Positions 45,087 through 55,275 of a DNA stretch of 64,000 nt are shown here, piece by piece. Under the pieces are notes generated by a model. It was not told the DNA's origin, searched no databases, and worked only from the letters and a program-made list of their open reading frames with translations. The position numbers were made by a program, and so were the translations under genes. The DNA is taken from NCBI GenBank assembly GCA_964596685.1, contig CAZQVA010000002.1:12947-76946 (forward strand), in the 5' to 3' direction. Position 1 is the stretch's first letter. The number at the start of each line of letters is the position of its first letter. This DNA is from an uncultured bacterium (lineage in GTDB: Bacteria; Chlamydiota; Chlamydiia; Chlamydiales; VFKH01).

Positions 45087-46355
45087 TTGAACAATCACTT
45101 TTTTCAAAAATATCATTTGTTGCCAATTTGCTTACTGCTCTTTGCCTTTGTTCTCCCTTTATCTAAAGGCCTTTCGAATATCCTTTTTGCAGGGAGCTAC
45201 TTATTGGTGATTTTAGGGGTGATTCAATCCTCGTCCTGGCGCCAGACGCTTTGGGCGCATTTTCGACAGCCGCTTTTGCTCGCTTTCTTTCTTTACTTTA
45301 TCATCGCGGCTATAGGTGTTATTTATCCAAAAAATTTAGGGGCGGGATGGGCGACTACCAATAAGTTTTTTGAAATGCTATTGATCTATTTTTTTGTAGC
45401 GACTCTGATTGACTCGATTCAGGATGAAAAGCGCCGCTTTCAATATGCTGTTGCTGTTCTCTTATGTTTTTTATCCGGCGTGTTATTGCTTAATATAACG
45501 GGCCTTTTTGCCTTATTCGGCAGCATAGGGCACCGCAAATTCGTGCTCCCTTTGCGACCTTTAGGCATGCATCATATTTGGTATGCTAATCTCAATGCAG
45601 CGGCACTCTATAGTGCTTTTTTTCTGCTCTTTCTATGTGAGCGCACTAAAACACGCCTTGCGCGCACCTTTCTTACCTTGTCCTGTCTTTTGTCTTTAGG
45701 TGCAATTTTTCTGTCACTCTCTCGTGGAGCGTGGGTAGGTATTTTGCTAACAGGGATTTTTATTACGTACTTTTTTGTCAAAAGCAAGCGCGTCTATTTG
45801 TGTATCATCCTAGGATCCATAGTTGCATGTGTTGCGCTCTACTATACGGTACCGATTTTTCATCAGCGCATCGCTCGTATTCCTTATGAATTAACTCAGT
45901 ATTCCACAGGATTTACTCAAACCTCTTTGGGTGCTAGGTTAATCATGTGGAAGGCAGCGCTTATGATGTTTCAAGCGAATCCCTTCTTAGGTGTCGGCAC
46001 GGGGAATTATTTGCCAACGGTCATGCTTTATATTCAGGAAGGTCTTTTGCCCACTTTCTTGCGAGTATATAACCAACCGCACAACATGTATCTCTTTACA
46101 TTGGCTACAAATGGTATTTTGGGGCTTCTAACGCTGCTTTATCTTTTTTATCGAAGTGTGCGCACTGCCTTTTTGCTGCTTAAAGTAAACCCTGCTGCCC
46201 GTCTTTTTGCGTTTCTAGCGCTTGCTGTCGCGATACATTTTATGATTGCAGGCTTTATAGATGCGTTTTTCAATATTCAAATTCTCCGCTATACATTCGC
46301 CCTTATGATGGGTGTCACACTTAGAAAATCGCTATTGCAACCCCGCCTCAAATAA
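45087..46355 (+). CDS. O-antigen ligase family protein (Wzy_C/WaaL-like)
   Basis: It has about 10-12 TM segments and the characteristic loop region LSLSRGAWVGILLTGIF...ARLIMWKAALMMFQANPFLGVGTGNY...QPHNMYL. The start is a TTG at 45087. Confidence 0.7.
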   Translation: MNNHFFQKYHLLPICLLLFAFVLPLSKGLSNILFAGSYLLVILGVIQSSSWRQTLWAHFRQPLLLAFFLYFIIAAIGVIYPKNLGAGWATTNKFFEMLLIYFFVATLIDSIQDEKRRFQYAVAVLLCFLSGVLLLNITGLFALFGSIGHRKFVLPLRPLGMHHIWYANLNAAALYSAFFLLFLCERTKTRLARTFLTLSCLLSLGAIFLSLSRGAWVGILLTGIFITYFFVKSKRVYLCIILGSIVACVALYYTVPIFHQRIARIPYELTQYSTGFTQTSLGARLIMWKAALMMFQANPFLGVGTGNYLPTVMLYIQEGLLPTFLRVYNQPHNMYLFTLATNGILGLLTLLYLFYRSVRTAFLLLKVNPAARLFAFLALAVAIHFMIAGFIDAFFNIQILRYTFALMMGVTLRKSLLQPRLK

Positions 46356-46400
46356 CTTGAATGGTTCATTTTTTTGAACCATCCAGGTATAACGTTTGAA

Positions 46401-46961
46401 ATGAACGAACTACCAGATAAAAAGAGACTTCCAAAAAGAATCACGGAAAAGTATCTATATAACTGCAGTATAGCCTATTTACAGCGCTATGTAGCAAGTC
46501 AAGCGCAGCTGTATCGAGTGATGGAGCGCCGAATAGAGCGCGCTTGCAGAGCGCACCCTGATTTAGTAAAAGAAGAGTGCTTGGTGTTTTTGAGCAACGT
46601 TGTGAGGCGTCTGAAAGAAGAGGGTTGGTTAAATGAAACGGTAGCCTTGAATGGACTGGTGCAAGCGTTGCGTCGTCGAGGAGCCTCTCGGCAAGCGATA
46701 CACTACAAATTAGTGCAAAAAGGATTTGGGCGAGAGCAAATTACGGAAACCTTGCAGCAATATGATGGTGCAAAAGAAGGTGACCTTTTGGCTGCAATTT
46801 TTTTGATGCGCCGAAGAAAATTAGGATGTTTTGGAAAGACTTCAGATTGGAAAGAGAGACAAAAGGCCTTTGGGATTATGATGCGCGGCGGATTTTCATT
46901 TGATACAGCGCAAACAGTCTTGCGCATGACTCAACAAGAGGTGGATGATTTGTTGGCATAA
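46401..46961 (+). CDS. recX: RecX-family regulatory protein
   Basis: It shows the repeated three-helix RecX pattern (AYLQRYVASQAQLYRVMERR..., VVRRLKEEGWLNE, IHYKLVQKGFGREQITETL). The start was set at ATG 46401. Confidence 0.6.
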   Translation: MNELPDKKRLPKRITEKYLYNCSIAYLQRYVASQAQLYRVMERRIERACRAHPDLVKEECLVFLSNVVRRLKEEGWLNETVALNGLVQALRRRGASRQAIHYKLVQKGFGREQITETLQQYDGAKEGDLLAAIFLMRRRKLGCFGKTSDWKERQKAFGIMMRGGFSFDTAQTVLRMTQQEVDDLLA

Positions 46962-47716
46962 CCTGAAAAGATTCGATGCATGAGAGTTGTGGGAAAAAGA
47001 TGTTGCGGGAATATGCTAGACGTATTGTCTTCATGCATGACGTGGAGTACGATGCCTTGTGAATCTGTTAAAAAGCCAGCCTTGTAGCCTTGATCAATCA
47101 AAAACTTACAAAAATGATAGTCTTCACCATGGTTTACAGCAGGAAAGTGAATTTCCTTAATGATATGCTTTTGAAACATGAATGAAAAACCATACCCGTA
47201 GAGATTTTTTTCGATAAAATCACTGGGGAATTCATCTAGAGTATGTTTTGTGAAGTGATTTTTATAAATGCAATACTGTGAAGGTGCCAAGCGGTCTGTT
47301 TCCCAATAAGCAAATTTATCTTGTAGAATAGAATAGGCGAACCAACTTTTGAGAGAAATAAAATCATACCCACCTGTTTGTAGGTGAGCATGTAGTGTTT
47401 CTAGATAGTTTGGAGCGTAATAGTCATCATCATCAAAGTGCGCAATAACATCTCCAGATGCCTGTTGAATAAGGAAATTGCGTTTTTCCCCAATAGTTAG
47501 CCGCGTGGATGAGAAGAAATAATGAATAGAAGGGTGATGATCTGCCAGTTGTTTTAACCATTCGCAAGGTTGCTCGCTATCATCATAAATGAGCAATTCG
47601 CGCTGGGAATAAGTTTGAGCTTGGAAATTCCGAATCAAATTCTTTAGATGTACCGCGCGATTATAGGTAGGCGTGATAACGCTGATGAGGGGCTTGGGCG
47701 TGGTCCAATCGTGCAT
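46931..47716 (-). CDS. Family 2 glycosyltransferase
   Basis: ISVITPTYNRAVHL is present. The acidic motifs are LIYDDSE and HFDDDDYYAPNY (DxD). Confidence 0.8.
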   Translation of the reverse strand: MHDWTTPKPLISVITPTYNRAVHLKNLIRNFQAQTYSQRELLIYDDSEQPCEWLKQLADHHPSIHYFFSSTRLTIGEKRNFLIQQASGDVIAHFDDDDYYAPNYLETLHAHLQTGGYDFISLKSWFAYSILQDKFAYWETDRLAPSQYCIYKNHFTKHTLDEFPSDFIEKNLYGYGFSFMFQKHIIKEIHFPAVNHGEDYHFCKFLIDQGYKAGFLTDSQGIVLHVMHEDNTSSIFPQHLFPTTLMHRIFSGYANKSSTSC

Positions 47717-47740
47717 TGTATTAGGCTTTTTTCACAGTTC

Positions 47741-48460
47741 TTAAGAAAGGCATTCAGGCAAGAAGTTTGCGATGAGATCCCATGAGCGTTTTGCAGCCAG
47801 AGGATTGTAGACGCGCCCTACTTTTATCCCTCCAATTTTTGCTGCATTGGGATCGCAAAAGGCGTGTTGCGTGTGTCCGAAAAAATGCACTTGCCAATCG
47901 GCCTCGGAGGCATTCATTTCATCTGCAAATTGAGGTAAGTCACTAGAAGGCATTTGCGGGTCATCGTAACCCCAGGCTGCAAGGATTTTGGCTTGGATGG
48001 GTTGAGGTGTGTGGTTTTTTGGTGCATAAAGTGAGCCATGTAGGGAAACGACGCCTCTTAAGGAGGGCTCATAACGCGCTAAGTCCAAGGCGCACATCCC
48101 CCCGAAGCAATAGCCCATTGCGGCGATATAAGCTGGGTCTGTAAGTTTATATCCGCGGATTGCCTGATAAGCGGCACTAATACGCGTTTTGAGTAAGGCT
48201 CTATCTGCATACATGGGTCCACACCATGTTTTATACTCTTCAAGGCTATGAGCCTCTTGAGCGTCACCATACATGTCTACAGCACAAGCGACATACCCCA
48301 TAGCTGCAATACGCTCTGCTTGTTCACAGATCCACTGATTACGACCATCTGCGGCAGGAAAAACAAGAACGGTAGGTTGCTTGCCTTCTTTTTTGGGAGC
48401 AATGATATAGCTCTTAAAAGTCGTTGCATCAATGGTGTATGAAAGCTCTTCAGTATACAT
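47741..48460 (-). CDS. Dienelactone hydrolase family protein
   Basis: It has an alpha/beta hydrolase layout with the nucleophile-elbow region AAMGYCFGG and C-terminal HAF typical of the DLH family. Confidence 0.7.
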   Translation of the reverse strand: MYTEELSYTIDATTFKSYIIAPKKEGKQPTVLVFPAADGRNQWICEQAERIAAMGYVACAVDMYGDAQEAHSLEEYKTWCGPMYADRALLKTRISAAYQAIRGYKLTDPAYIAAMGYCFGGMCALDLARYEPSLRGVVSLHGSLYAPKNHTPQPIQAKILAAWGYDDPQMPSSDLPQFADEMNASEADWQVHFFGHTQHAFCDPNAAKIGGIKVGRVYNPLAAKRSWDLIANFLPECLS

Positions 48461-48469
48461 AGTATGCCT

Positions 48470-49696
48470 TTATTGGGTGTCTACCGGTGTGGGCAGAAGG
48501 TTGCGTTTATGACAGGTAAATGCATAGCCCGCAGCACATAAACAAAGCGCTCCTGCCACAAAAAGACAAGCGATGGGACTATGATAAAAACAGATGAAAG
48601 AACCCAGCGCCGGACCAATGCAGCCTCTTAATGCGACGAGTGCTAAATTGACATTGGTAAAACGACAACTATTTTCTTTTCCGGCAAAGAGGGGGCCCGA
48701 TAGATTCCAGCTCAATTCACTACCAGCTTGCATGATGCCATAGAGAAGATAGCCTCCATAAATCCAAAAGACATTGATCTGTGCTAGAACAATACAAGCT
48801 GTAAAGACCGCTGCCAAGAGGACGACAACAAAGGAAAAATAATATAGGTTAACTTTTGCCATCCAACGCGCCCAGAAGGGAGAAGTCATGGCAAAGCCAA
48901 TCCCTTTACAGAAGGATAGGGCAAGCGCCATATGGGTATAAGAGAGGTGAAGAGTGTCTGTGAAAAAGCGCGGGAGAGCGGGCTGTAGGACCATTAATCC
49001 GAGGCCACCGAAGATAAAGACCATTTGAAAATGAGCGAAATCAGGACGTTGTTTTAGAAGCTGCCAAAAATCTTTCCATGGACCTTTAATCATTTCTGGT
49101 AGGCATATGGGGGGAGGTTGTGCCAGCGCAGCTTTAAGTACAGGTAGTCGAATTTGAAAAAATATGCTTAAAAGGCTAAGGGCCGCAGCAATAGAAAAGA
49201 ACCAAGGCCATAATTGTGGCATCGTATCGAGAAAAGGAGCTAGAGATAGAGGGAGAAATAGACCGATGAGATAGGTAATGGAGGAGCTTTGAGAAAATAG
49301 GCGCGTGCGGTAAGGACAGGGTAAATGGGCTTTCAACATCTCCATCCATGCTGGAATCATCGCCCTAAAAGAACACATATAAACAGCGAAAGCAAAGATG
49401 AAGAAGAAGGGGTTGTTGACAAAAGGAAAGAGGAAACAGGGAATTACGCCAATAAGGCTGGTAATGATAAGATGTTTTCGAATAGCTTCGGGGCGCCTTG
49501 AAATCCAGCAACTCCAGTATAATGAAAAGAAAGAAACACCGGGGCGCACGCTGATTAACAATGTCAGAGCTAAGGCTCCCGCATGTAAATCTTTGTAAAA
49601 GATAAAGGGAAGCAGAGTATACAGTGCCCACAGCGGTGCATGCAAGATGCTATTGCTGAGATAGGCAATACGTACAGCTTTTTGCTCACAGAGCAT
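48470..49696 (-). CDS. MFS-type transporter
   Basis: The 408-aa protein has about 12 TM segments. The substrate is unknown. Confidence 0.6.
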   Translation of the reverse strand: MLCEQKAVRIAYLSNSILHAPLWALYTLLPFIFYKDLHAGALALTLLISVRPGVSFFSLYWSCWISRRPEAIRKHLIITSLIGVIPCFLFPFVNNPFFFIFAFAVYMCSFRAMIPAWMEMLKAHLPCPYRTRLFSQSSSITYLIGLFLPLSLAPFLDTMPQLWPWFFSIAAALSLLSIFFQIRLPVLKAALAQPPPICLPEMIKGPWKDFWQLLKQRPDFAHFQMVFIFGGLGLMVLQPALPRFFTDTLHLSYTHMALALSFCKGIGFAMTSPFWARWMAKVNLYYFSFVVVLLAAVFTACIVLAQINVFWIYGGYLLYGIMQAGSELSWNLSGPLFAGKENSCRFTNVNLALVALRGCIGPALGSFICFYHSPIACLFVAGALCLCAAGYAFTCHKRNLLPTPVDTQ

Positions 49697-49779
49697 TTTG
49701 CCTCTTTGGAACTTTTATAACTGATGGCTATAATTATAAAAGGTTTGTATTAGTGAGTCAAATTTAAGGAGGAGGAAAT

Positions 49780-50361
49780 ATGTCAACTAACCCACAAAAA
49801 GTGTATCTGCTGCGTCATGGAGAAACTGCGTGGTCGCTTTCAGGACAACATACAGGCAGGACGGATCTTCCCTTGCTTCCAGAAGGGGAAGCTCAGGCAA
49901 AGAAATTGGCCCCTTTTTTAGCGAATGTATCTTTTGCGCATGTATGGTCAAGTCCTTTAAAACGCGCGTTAGACACATGTCGTTTGAGCGGTTTAGGGGA
50001 TCAAGTTTCTGTGATGGAAGCATTGACAGAATGGAATTATGGGCGGTATGAGGGGGTCAAAACTGTTGATATCCATCAAGAAAATCCACATTGGAATTTA
50101 TTTTTAGAGGGTGCACCAGAAGGAGAAACACCAGTTGATGTGGCGCGTCGTTTAGATCAACTCATTCTTAAAATACGAGAAATCAAGGGGAATATTGCTT
50201 TATATGCACATGGCCACATCTTACGCGCACTTGCTGCACGTTGGATTGGTCAATCTATCGCCGTTGGTAGTTGTTTAGGGCTAAATGCGGGTAGTTTATC
50301 GATCTTGGGCTGGGAGCATGAAGCAGATCCTATTATTAAACTTTGGAACTTTATTCCGTGA
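49780..50361 (+). CDS. Histidine phosphatase family protein (phosphoglycerate mutase-like)
   Basis: The RHG motif LLRHGETAWS is present with the downstream catalytic His region AHGHILRAL. A GGAGG ribosome-binding site lies upstream. Confidence 0.8.
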   Translation: MSTNPQKVYLLRHGETAWSLSGQHTGRTDLPLLPEGEAQAKKLAPFLANVSFAHVWSSPLKRALDTCRLSGLGDQVSVMEALTEWNYGRYEGVKTVDIHQENPHWNLFLEGAPEGETPVDVARRLDQLILKIREIKGNIALYAHGHILRALAARWIGQSIAVGSCLGLNAGSLSILGWEHEADPIIKLWNFIP

Positions 50362-51413
50362 AAACAGTTGTTGTTGCGATGTCAGGGGGAGTTGATTCCT
50401 CTGTAACTGCGTATTTATTGAAAAGAGAAGGCTGGAATGTCATCGGCCTTTTTATGAAAAATTGGGAAGAAGAGGAGGAGGATGCCCTTTGTCCTGCGGC
50501 GCTTGATTATCAAGATGTCGTCAAAGTATGTGAGCGTTTGCAAATCCCTCATTATGCGGTGAATTTTGCTAAAGAATACAGGGAGGAGGTCTTCGCTCAT
50601 TTTTTGGAAGAATATAAAGCGGGATGGACCCCTAACCCAGATATTTTGTGCAATCGAGAGATCAAATTCAAAGTACTACTCAACACAGCGCGATCACTCG
50701 GCGCTGATTTTTTAGCGACAGGTCACTATTGTCGGACGGATCATATCCATCTACTTAAAGGAAAAGACCCCAATAAGGATCAGAGCTACTTTTTATATAC
50801 GATTCATTCTGAACATCTTAAGCAGGTTCTTTTTCCTATTGGTCATCTTTTAAAACCTGCTGTTAGAGAACTAGCGGCAGAAGCCGGTCTTATAACGCAT
50901 GACAAAAAAGATAGTACAGGCATATGTTTTATCGGAAAGAGGCCATTCAAAGAATTTCTAAGCCATTATTTGGGCACACAACCCGGGTTTTTTGAGACAC
51001 CCGACGGCAAATGTGTGGGTGAACATGATGGAATTGCCTATTATACCATCGGCCAGCGCAAGGGGCTAAAGATTGGTGGAGCTGGAGATGCCTGGTTTGT
51101 GGTGGCGAAAGACGTGGCGCGCAATGTCGTGGTTGTCGTGCAAGGCGATGACCATCCTCTGCTTTATCACCGTGCACTAACGGCAACAGAAGCCTCTTGG
51201 GTGTGTGATACCCCCCAATTTCCTCTGCACTGCACAGCAAAAATACGTTACCGCCAACAAGAGCATTCTTGCGTGGTAGAGAGGCGTGATGAAAAGTTGT
51301 GGGTCGTATTTGATAAGCCACAGAAGGCAATCACGCCACGTCAATCCGTTGTCTTTTATCAAGGAGACATCTGTTTGGGCGGAGCAATGATTGAAAAAGC
51401 ATATGATATCTAA
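50358..51413 (+). CDS. mnmA: tRNA-specific 2-thiouridylase MnmA
   Basis: The PP-loop VAMSGGVDSS is present with a catalytic Cys region. The start was set at GTG 50358, which forms a GTGA overlap with the upstream stop. Confidence 0.9.
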   Translation: MKTVVVAMSGGVDSSVTAYLLKREGWNVIGLFMKNWEEEEEDALCPAALDYQDVVKVCERLQIPHYAVNFAKEYREEVFAHFLEEYKAGWTPNPDILCNREIKFKVLLNTARSLGADFLATGHYCRTDHIHLLKGKDPNKDQSYFLYTIHSEHLKQVLFPIGHLLKPAVRELAAEAGLITHDKKDSTGICFIGKRPFKEFLSHYLGTQPGFFETPDGKCVGEHDGIAYYTIGQRKGLKIGGAGDAWFVVAKDVARNVVVVVQGDDHPLLYHRALTATEASWVCDTPQFPLHCTAKIRYRQQEHSCVVERRDEKLWVVFDKPQKAITPRQSVVFYQGDICLGGAMIEKAYDI

Positions 51414-52983
51414 AAAAAGTCTATTGTCTATTTTGCTTGCAAGTACACTACTCTGTGCGGCAGCGGAGGTAGAAAAAACTGCTATCCATTACAACATACA
51501 AAAAGGGGCGTGGCATAAAGTTGTCGAGTTGTATGATCTTTATTGCGATGCACATCCCGAAGAAGCAGGAATCCTTTCCGCGCACATGGTAGAGCAGTAC
51601 TTTAAACAAACAGTACGCTCCAGTAACGATAAACAACGTCTTTTAGCTTTACATGCTAGTGGGATTGTTGCGTGTGAACCTTTATTGGGGGTTTTTGAGA
51701 AATCCTTACGCAGCAATGACCCTAAAGCTCAATGTCTAGCTGTCGAAGGACTAAAGCGTTTGAAAAGTGATCTAGCTGATCGTTTGCTCCTTGAAGCGAT
51801 GCATTCAGAGTATGCTCCTGTATGTGTGGGTGCAGCGATTGCATTGATGGAAAGAAATAATGCTGAAGTGCCCATGTTTATGGAATCCTTGATGTATAAG
51901 GTCCCTCCTGCTGCGCGCGTCTTGTTCCCAGCCATTTTTGGCAAATCAGAACACCCTGAATGTAAAAGATTGATAGGAGTGCTACTAAAAGACCGCGATC
52001 CACTTGTGCGCATTTCTTCCCTGTTAGCCATTGTCGAATATCACTTTGACACCTTTATACCTCAGTTGCGTACGATTGCGGCTCAAGGCAATAGCGCGGA
52101 AAAGGAGCTTGCCATTTATGGTTTGGCACTTTTTGAAGACAGCAGCTCTCTTGAATTATTGCAACATTTGGCAGAGGACAAGGATCCGATTGTGCGTATG
52201 GTGGCTGCACTTGGTCTGAACCGCTTTGGAGTCGACATATCTGCATCGATTGAAAAGATGGCCAAAGAGCGCAATTTATGGGCGATTAGTGCGCTTGGAC
52301 GTGTGGAGGGTGGAGGTGTTGAAACATTAAAGCAATTTGTCAAGGACCCCGACTTATCAGTGCGCGCTACGGCCTTATGGGCGCTTTTGGAGAGAAAAGA
52401 TAGCTCGGCGGTGGAGCCATTGATTGAACTAGTCTGCTTGTCGTCTGGCATCGTCTCTCAAGAGTCAACAGGAACAGTATTAAAGATTTTTAAGCCAGGT
52501 ATAGCAGGGCAGTGGCGTGCCCCTTGGGTAGCTGCAGCTGCGAAATTACCAATGAAAGAATTTATTATCTTCGCTAAACGCGCTATTGCAAAGGATAAAT
52601 CACTCGCGAATTCTATCATTACATTACTTGAGAATAGCGATAAGGAAGAAGCAAAAGCCTTTATTCGGCAATTAGCGCATTACCCTGGAGAAAGGGCGAT
52701 TCGTTATAGGGCACAAATTGCCTTGCTGCGTTTAGATTATGGTAGCGAATCTACTACAGAGGTGATGGAATGGTTGACAGAGAAGGAACGTGTTGATTTG
52801 TGGACATTAACTTCAGGAGAAGGGGAGCAAAGTCCTTTGGAAGGAATTTTTGTAGAGGGACTATTAACGATCGCTGAAAAAGAGCGAGCTGGTGCATTGC
52901 CTTTACTATGGAAAATTTTTGCGAAGACAGATGCCAATAATCGCCCCCTTGTAGCGGCAGTTATTCTTCTGGTGACAGGATAA
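51403..52983 (+). CDS. Exported HEAT-repeat protein
   Basis: The signal peptide is MISKKSLLSILLASTLLCAAA. HEAT/PBS-lyase-like units repeat along the protein (NDPKAQCLAVEGLKRL, DRDPLVRISSLLAIV, DKDPIVRMVAALGL, DPDLSVRATALWALL). Confidence 0.65.
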   Translation: MISKKSLLSILLASTLLCAAAEVEKTAIHYNIQKGAWHKVVELYDLYCDAHPEEAGILSAHMVEQYFKQTVRSSNDKQRLLALHASGIVACEPLLGVFEKSLRSNDPKAQCLAVEGLKRLKSDLADRLLLEAMHSEYAPVCVGAAIALMERNNAEVPMFMESLMYKVPPAARVLFPAIFGKSEHPECKRLIGVLLKDRDPLVRISSLLAIVEYHFDTFIPQLRTIAAQGNSAEKELAIYGLALFEDSSSLELLQHLAEDKDPIVRMVAALGLNRFGVDISASIEKMAKERNLWAISALGRVEGGGVETLKQFVKDPDLSVRATALWALLERKDSSAVEPLIELVCLSSGIVSQESTGTVLKIFKPGIAGQWRAPWVAAAAKLPMKEFIIFAKRAIAKDKSLANSIITLLENSDKEEAKAFIRQLAHYPGERAIRYRAQIALLRLDYGSESTTEVMEWLTEKERVDLWTLTSGEGEQSPLEGIFVEGLLTIAEKERAGALPLLWKIFAKTDANNRPLVAAVILLVTG

Positions 52984-52989
52984 GAGAGT

Positions 52990-55134
52990 ATGGCTGAAGA
53001 GCAGGAAATTTCTGGATATGTCGAGAGAATTACTTTTAGTCATCCCGAAACTGGATTTACCGTTGCTAAACTAAAAGAGCCGCGCAAATCGGATTTGACT
53101 ACCCTTGTAGGGTGTTTACCGGGGATTCATGCGGGTTTATATTTGCATTGCAAAGGGAAATGGTTGATGCATCCCGATCATGGCTGGCAATTTGATGTGT
53201 GTCATTTTGTAGGACATACACCTCATAATGAAGAGGGCATCCAACGCTATCTTGGTTCTGGTCTCATCAAAGGGATAGGCGCGTATCTTGCTACCAAAAT
53301 TGTAGAAAAGTATGGCAAGGAAACGCTTGAAGTCATTGAAAAATCTCCGGATGTTCTTTTAGAAGTGCATGGGATTGGTGCTAAGCGCCTTGCCATGATT
53401 CGTCGTTCATGGGATGAACAGAAAGCTATTCGTGAAGTGATGCTCTTTTTGCAACCCTTTGAAGTAAGCCCCAGTTTTGCACAGAAAATCTACCGTAAAT
53501 ACAAAGAAGATAGCATTGCCAAAGTTAAGGAAAATCCTTACCGATTAGCTCACGAGGTGCATGGGATCGGTTTTAAGAGTGCAGATCGCATGGCGCAGAA
53601 AATGGGTTTTACCTTGGAGCATCCACAACGCATTGCGGCAGGTATTGAATTCGTTTTGCACGAATTGGCAGGGGATGGACACACGTGTTATCCAACGGAC
53701 GAATTACAGAAGCACGTACATGAAATTCTACAAGTTCCTTTAGAACTTATTGATGCACAAGTACGGGGGTTAATTGGCGAAGGAAGGCTGATTCAAGAGG
53801 GTCTTAGGGTGTGGCTAAAAGTCAGTCACATCTGTGAAAAGGGCATCGCTACCCAATTTCAAAGATTGCTAGAATCTGTAAGCTTTTTGCGCTCAATTGA
53901 GGTCGAGCGCGCTATCAGCTGGGCTGAAGAAAAATTAAAAATTGAACTTGCCGATAACCAGCGCCTTGCTGTAGAAGCAGCGCTGACGAATAAATTGCAA
54001 GTGATTACAGGTGGTCCAGGTACAGGTAAGAGTACAATTACAAAGGTGATCCTCGCCATTAGCCGTCGTTTAACGCAGAGAATTATTTTGGCTGCTCCCA
54101 CAGGTAAAGCGGCAAAACGTATGGCAGAAGTGACGCATATGGAGGCTAAAACGATCCACAGTCTGCTCGAATTTTCGTTTGAGGGCGGAGGATTTAAGCG
54201 TAATCGCGAGAATCCTTTAGAGGCGGATCTCATCATCATTGATGAAGCAAGCATGATCGATCAATACCTCATGTATAGTTTGCTGCGCGCTATTCCGAAT
54301 CATGCACGCGTTATTCTTATTGGAGACGTCAATCAACTGCCCAGCGTAGGGCCAGGAACGGTACTTAAAGATATTATTGAGAGCAAAATCCTACCTGTTG
54401 TTTGTCTTGTGGAGATCTTTCGCCAAGCGCAAGGATCAATGATTATTACTAATGCCCACCGTATCCATCAGGGGCTTTTTCCAGAGATTGAGATTAAGAA
54501 GGGTAGTGATTTCTTCTTTATTAAAGCTAATGAGCCCGAAGATCTTGTTAAAGAGGTGCTATCCCTTGTAAAAGAGCGTTTGCCAAAGCGCTATCGTTTG
54601 AATCCATTTGATGACATCCAAGTTCTTGTGCCTATGAAAAGAGGGCCAGTGGGTACAGAGCGCTTTAACGTTTTGCTACAAGAAACTTTAAACCCCAATC
54701 AGCCGTCCGTGGAGTGGGGACATAAGAAGTTTTGCCTACATGATAAAGTCATGCAAATCAGAAACAACTACACAAAAGAAGTCTACAATGGAGACGTAGG
54801 GCGTATCATCGCTATCGATCCTGAAGAACAAGAGCTGCTCGTGTCTTTTGATGGTAAAGATGTGCCTTATGAGTTTCTAGAACTTGATGAACTGGTGCTT
54901 GCCTATGCTGTATCCGTTCATAAATACCAAGGGAGTGAATGCCCTTGTGTTGTTATCCCGGTGCATACCAGCCATTATATGCTTTTGCATAAAAATCTCC
55001 TCTACACCGCTGTCACTCGCGGCAAACGTCTCGTCATTCTCGTCGGCATGGCACGTGCCATTCATATCGCCATCCATAACGACCACGCCCAAGAGCGTCA
55101 CACCGGGCTTTTAGAGTCTCTACAGAGTAAATAG
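52990..55134 (+). CDS. recD2: RecD2-type SF1B ATP-dependent DNA helicase
   Basis: Walker A GGPGTGKST, Walker B LIIIDEASMID, LIGDVNQLPSVGPG and SVHKYQGSE are present. HhH-like regions lie in the N-terminal part. Confidence 0.85.
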   Translation: MAEEQEISGYVERITFSHPETGFTVAKLKEPRKSDLTTLVGCLPGIHAGLYLHCKGKWLMHPDHGWQFDVCHFVGHTPHNEEGIQRYLGSGLIKGIGAYLATKIVEKYGKETLEVIEKSPDVLLEVHGIGAKRLAMIRRSWDEQKAIREVMLFLQPFEVSPSFAQKIYRKYKEDSIAKVKENPYRLAHEVHGIGFKSADRMAQKMGFTLEHPQRIAAGIEFVLHELAGDGHTCYPTDELQKHVHEILQVPLELIDAQVRGLIGEGRLIQEGLRVWLKVSHICEKGIATQFQRLLESVSFLRSIEVERAISWAEEKLKIELADNQRLAVEAALTNKLQVITGGPGTGKSTITKVILAISRRLTQRIILAAPTGKAAKRMAEVTHMEAKTIHSLLEFSFEGGGFKRNRENPLEADLIIIDEASMIDQYLMYSLLRAIPNHARVILIGDVNQLPSVGPGTVLKDIIESKILPVVCLVEIFRQAQGSMIITNAHRIHQGLFPEIEIKKGSDFFFIKANEPEDLVKEVLSLVKERLPKRYRLNPFDDIQVLVPMKRGPVGTERFNVLLQETLNPNQPSVEWGHKKFCLHDKVMQIRNNYTKEVYNGDVGRIIAIDPEEQELLVSFDGKDVPYEFLELDELVLAYAVSVHKYQGSECPCVVIPVHTSHYMLLHKNLLYTAVTRGKRLVILVGMARAIHIAIHNDHAQERHTGLLESLQSK

Positions 55135-55275
55135 ACTCCTTGCAAAAGAGTCTAATACTCGATGAGCAAGTTTTTTCTTGTTGACAGAAGAGACTTCGTG
55201 TGGATTTATCACACACTTGTCTACCATAACCATCATCTTATGTACCCGTGATTCATCATCACATAGCAGAATAAT

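Noticed and set aside
55133-55153. Sequence gcaaaagagtctaat after recD2 resembling the IS right end (gcaagaggtctaat), a possible solo IS end
   Set aside because: The similarity is short and gapped. The same bases form a 6-bp hairpin (agactc/gagtct) that overlaps the recD2 stop codon and extends just downstream of it, which is a simpler explanation. I noted that agagtctaata also occurs at 13250-13260 but could not make more of it.
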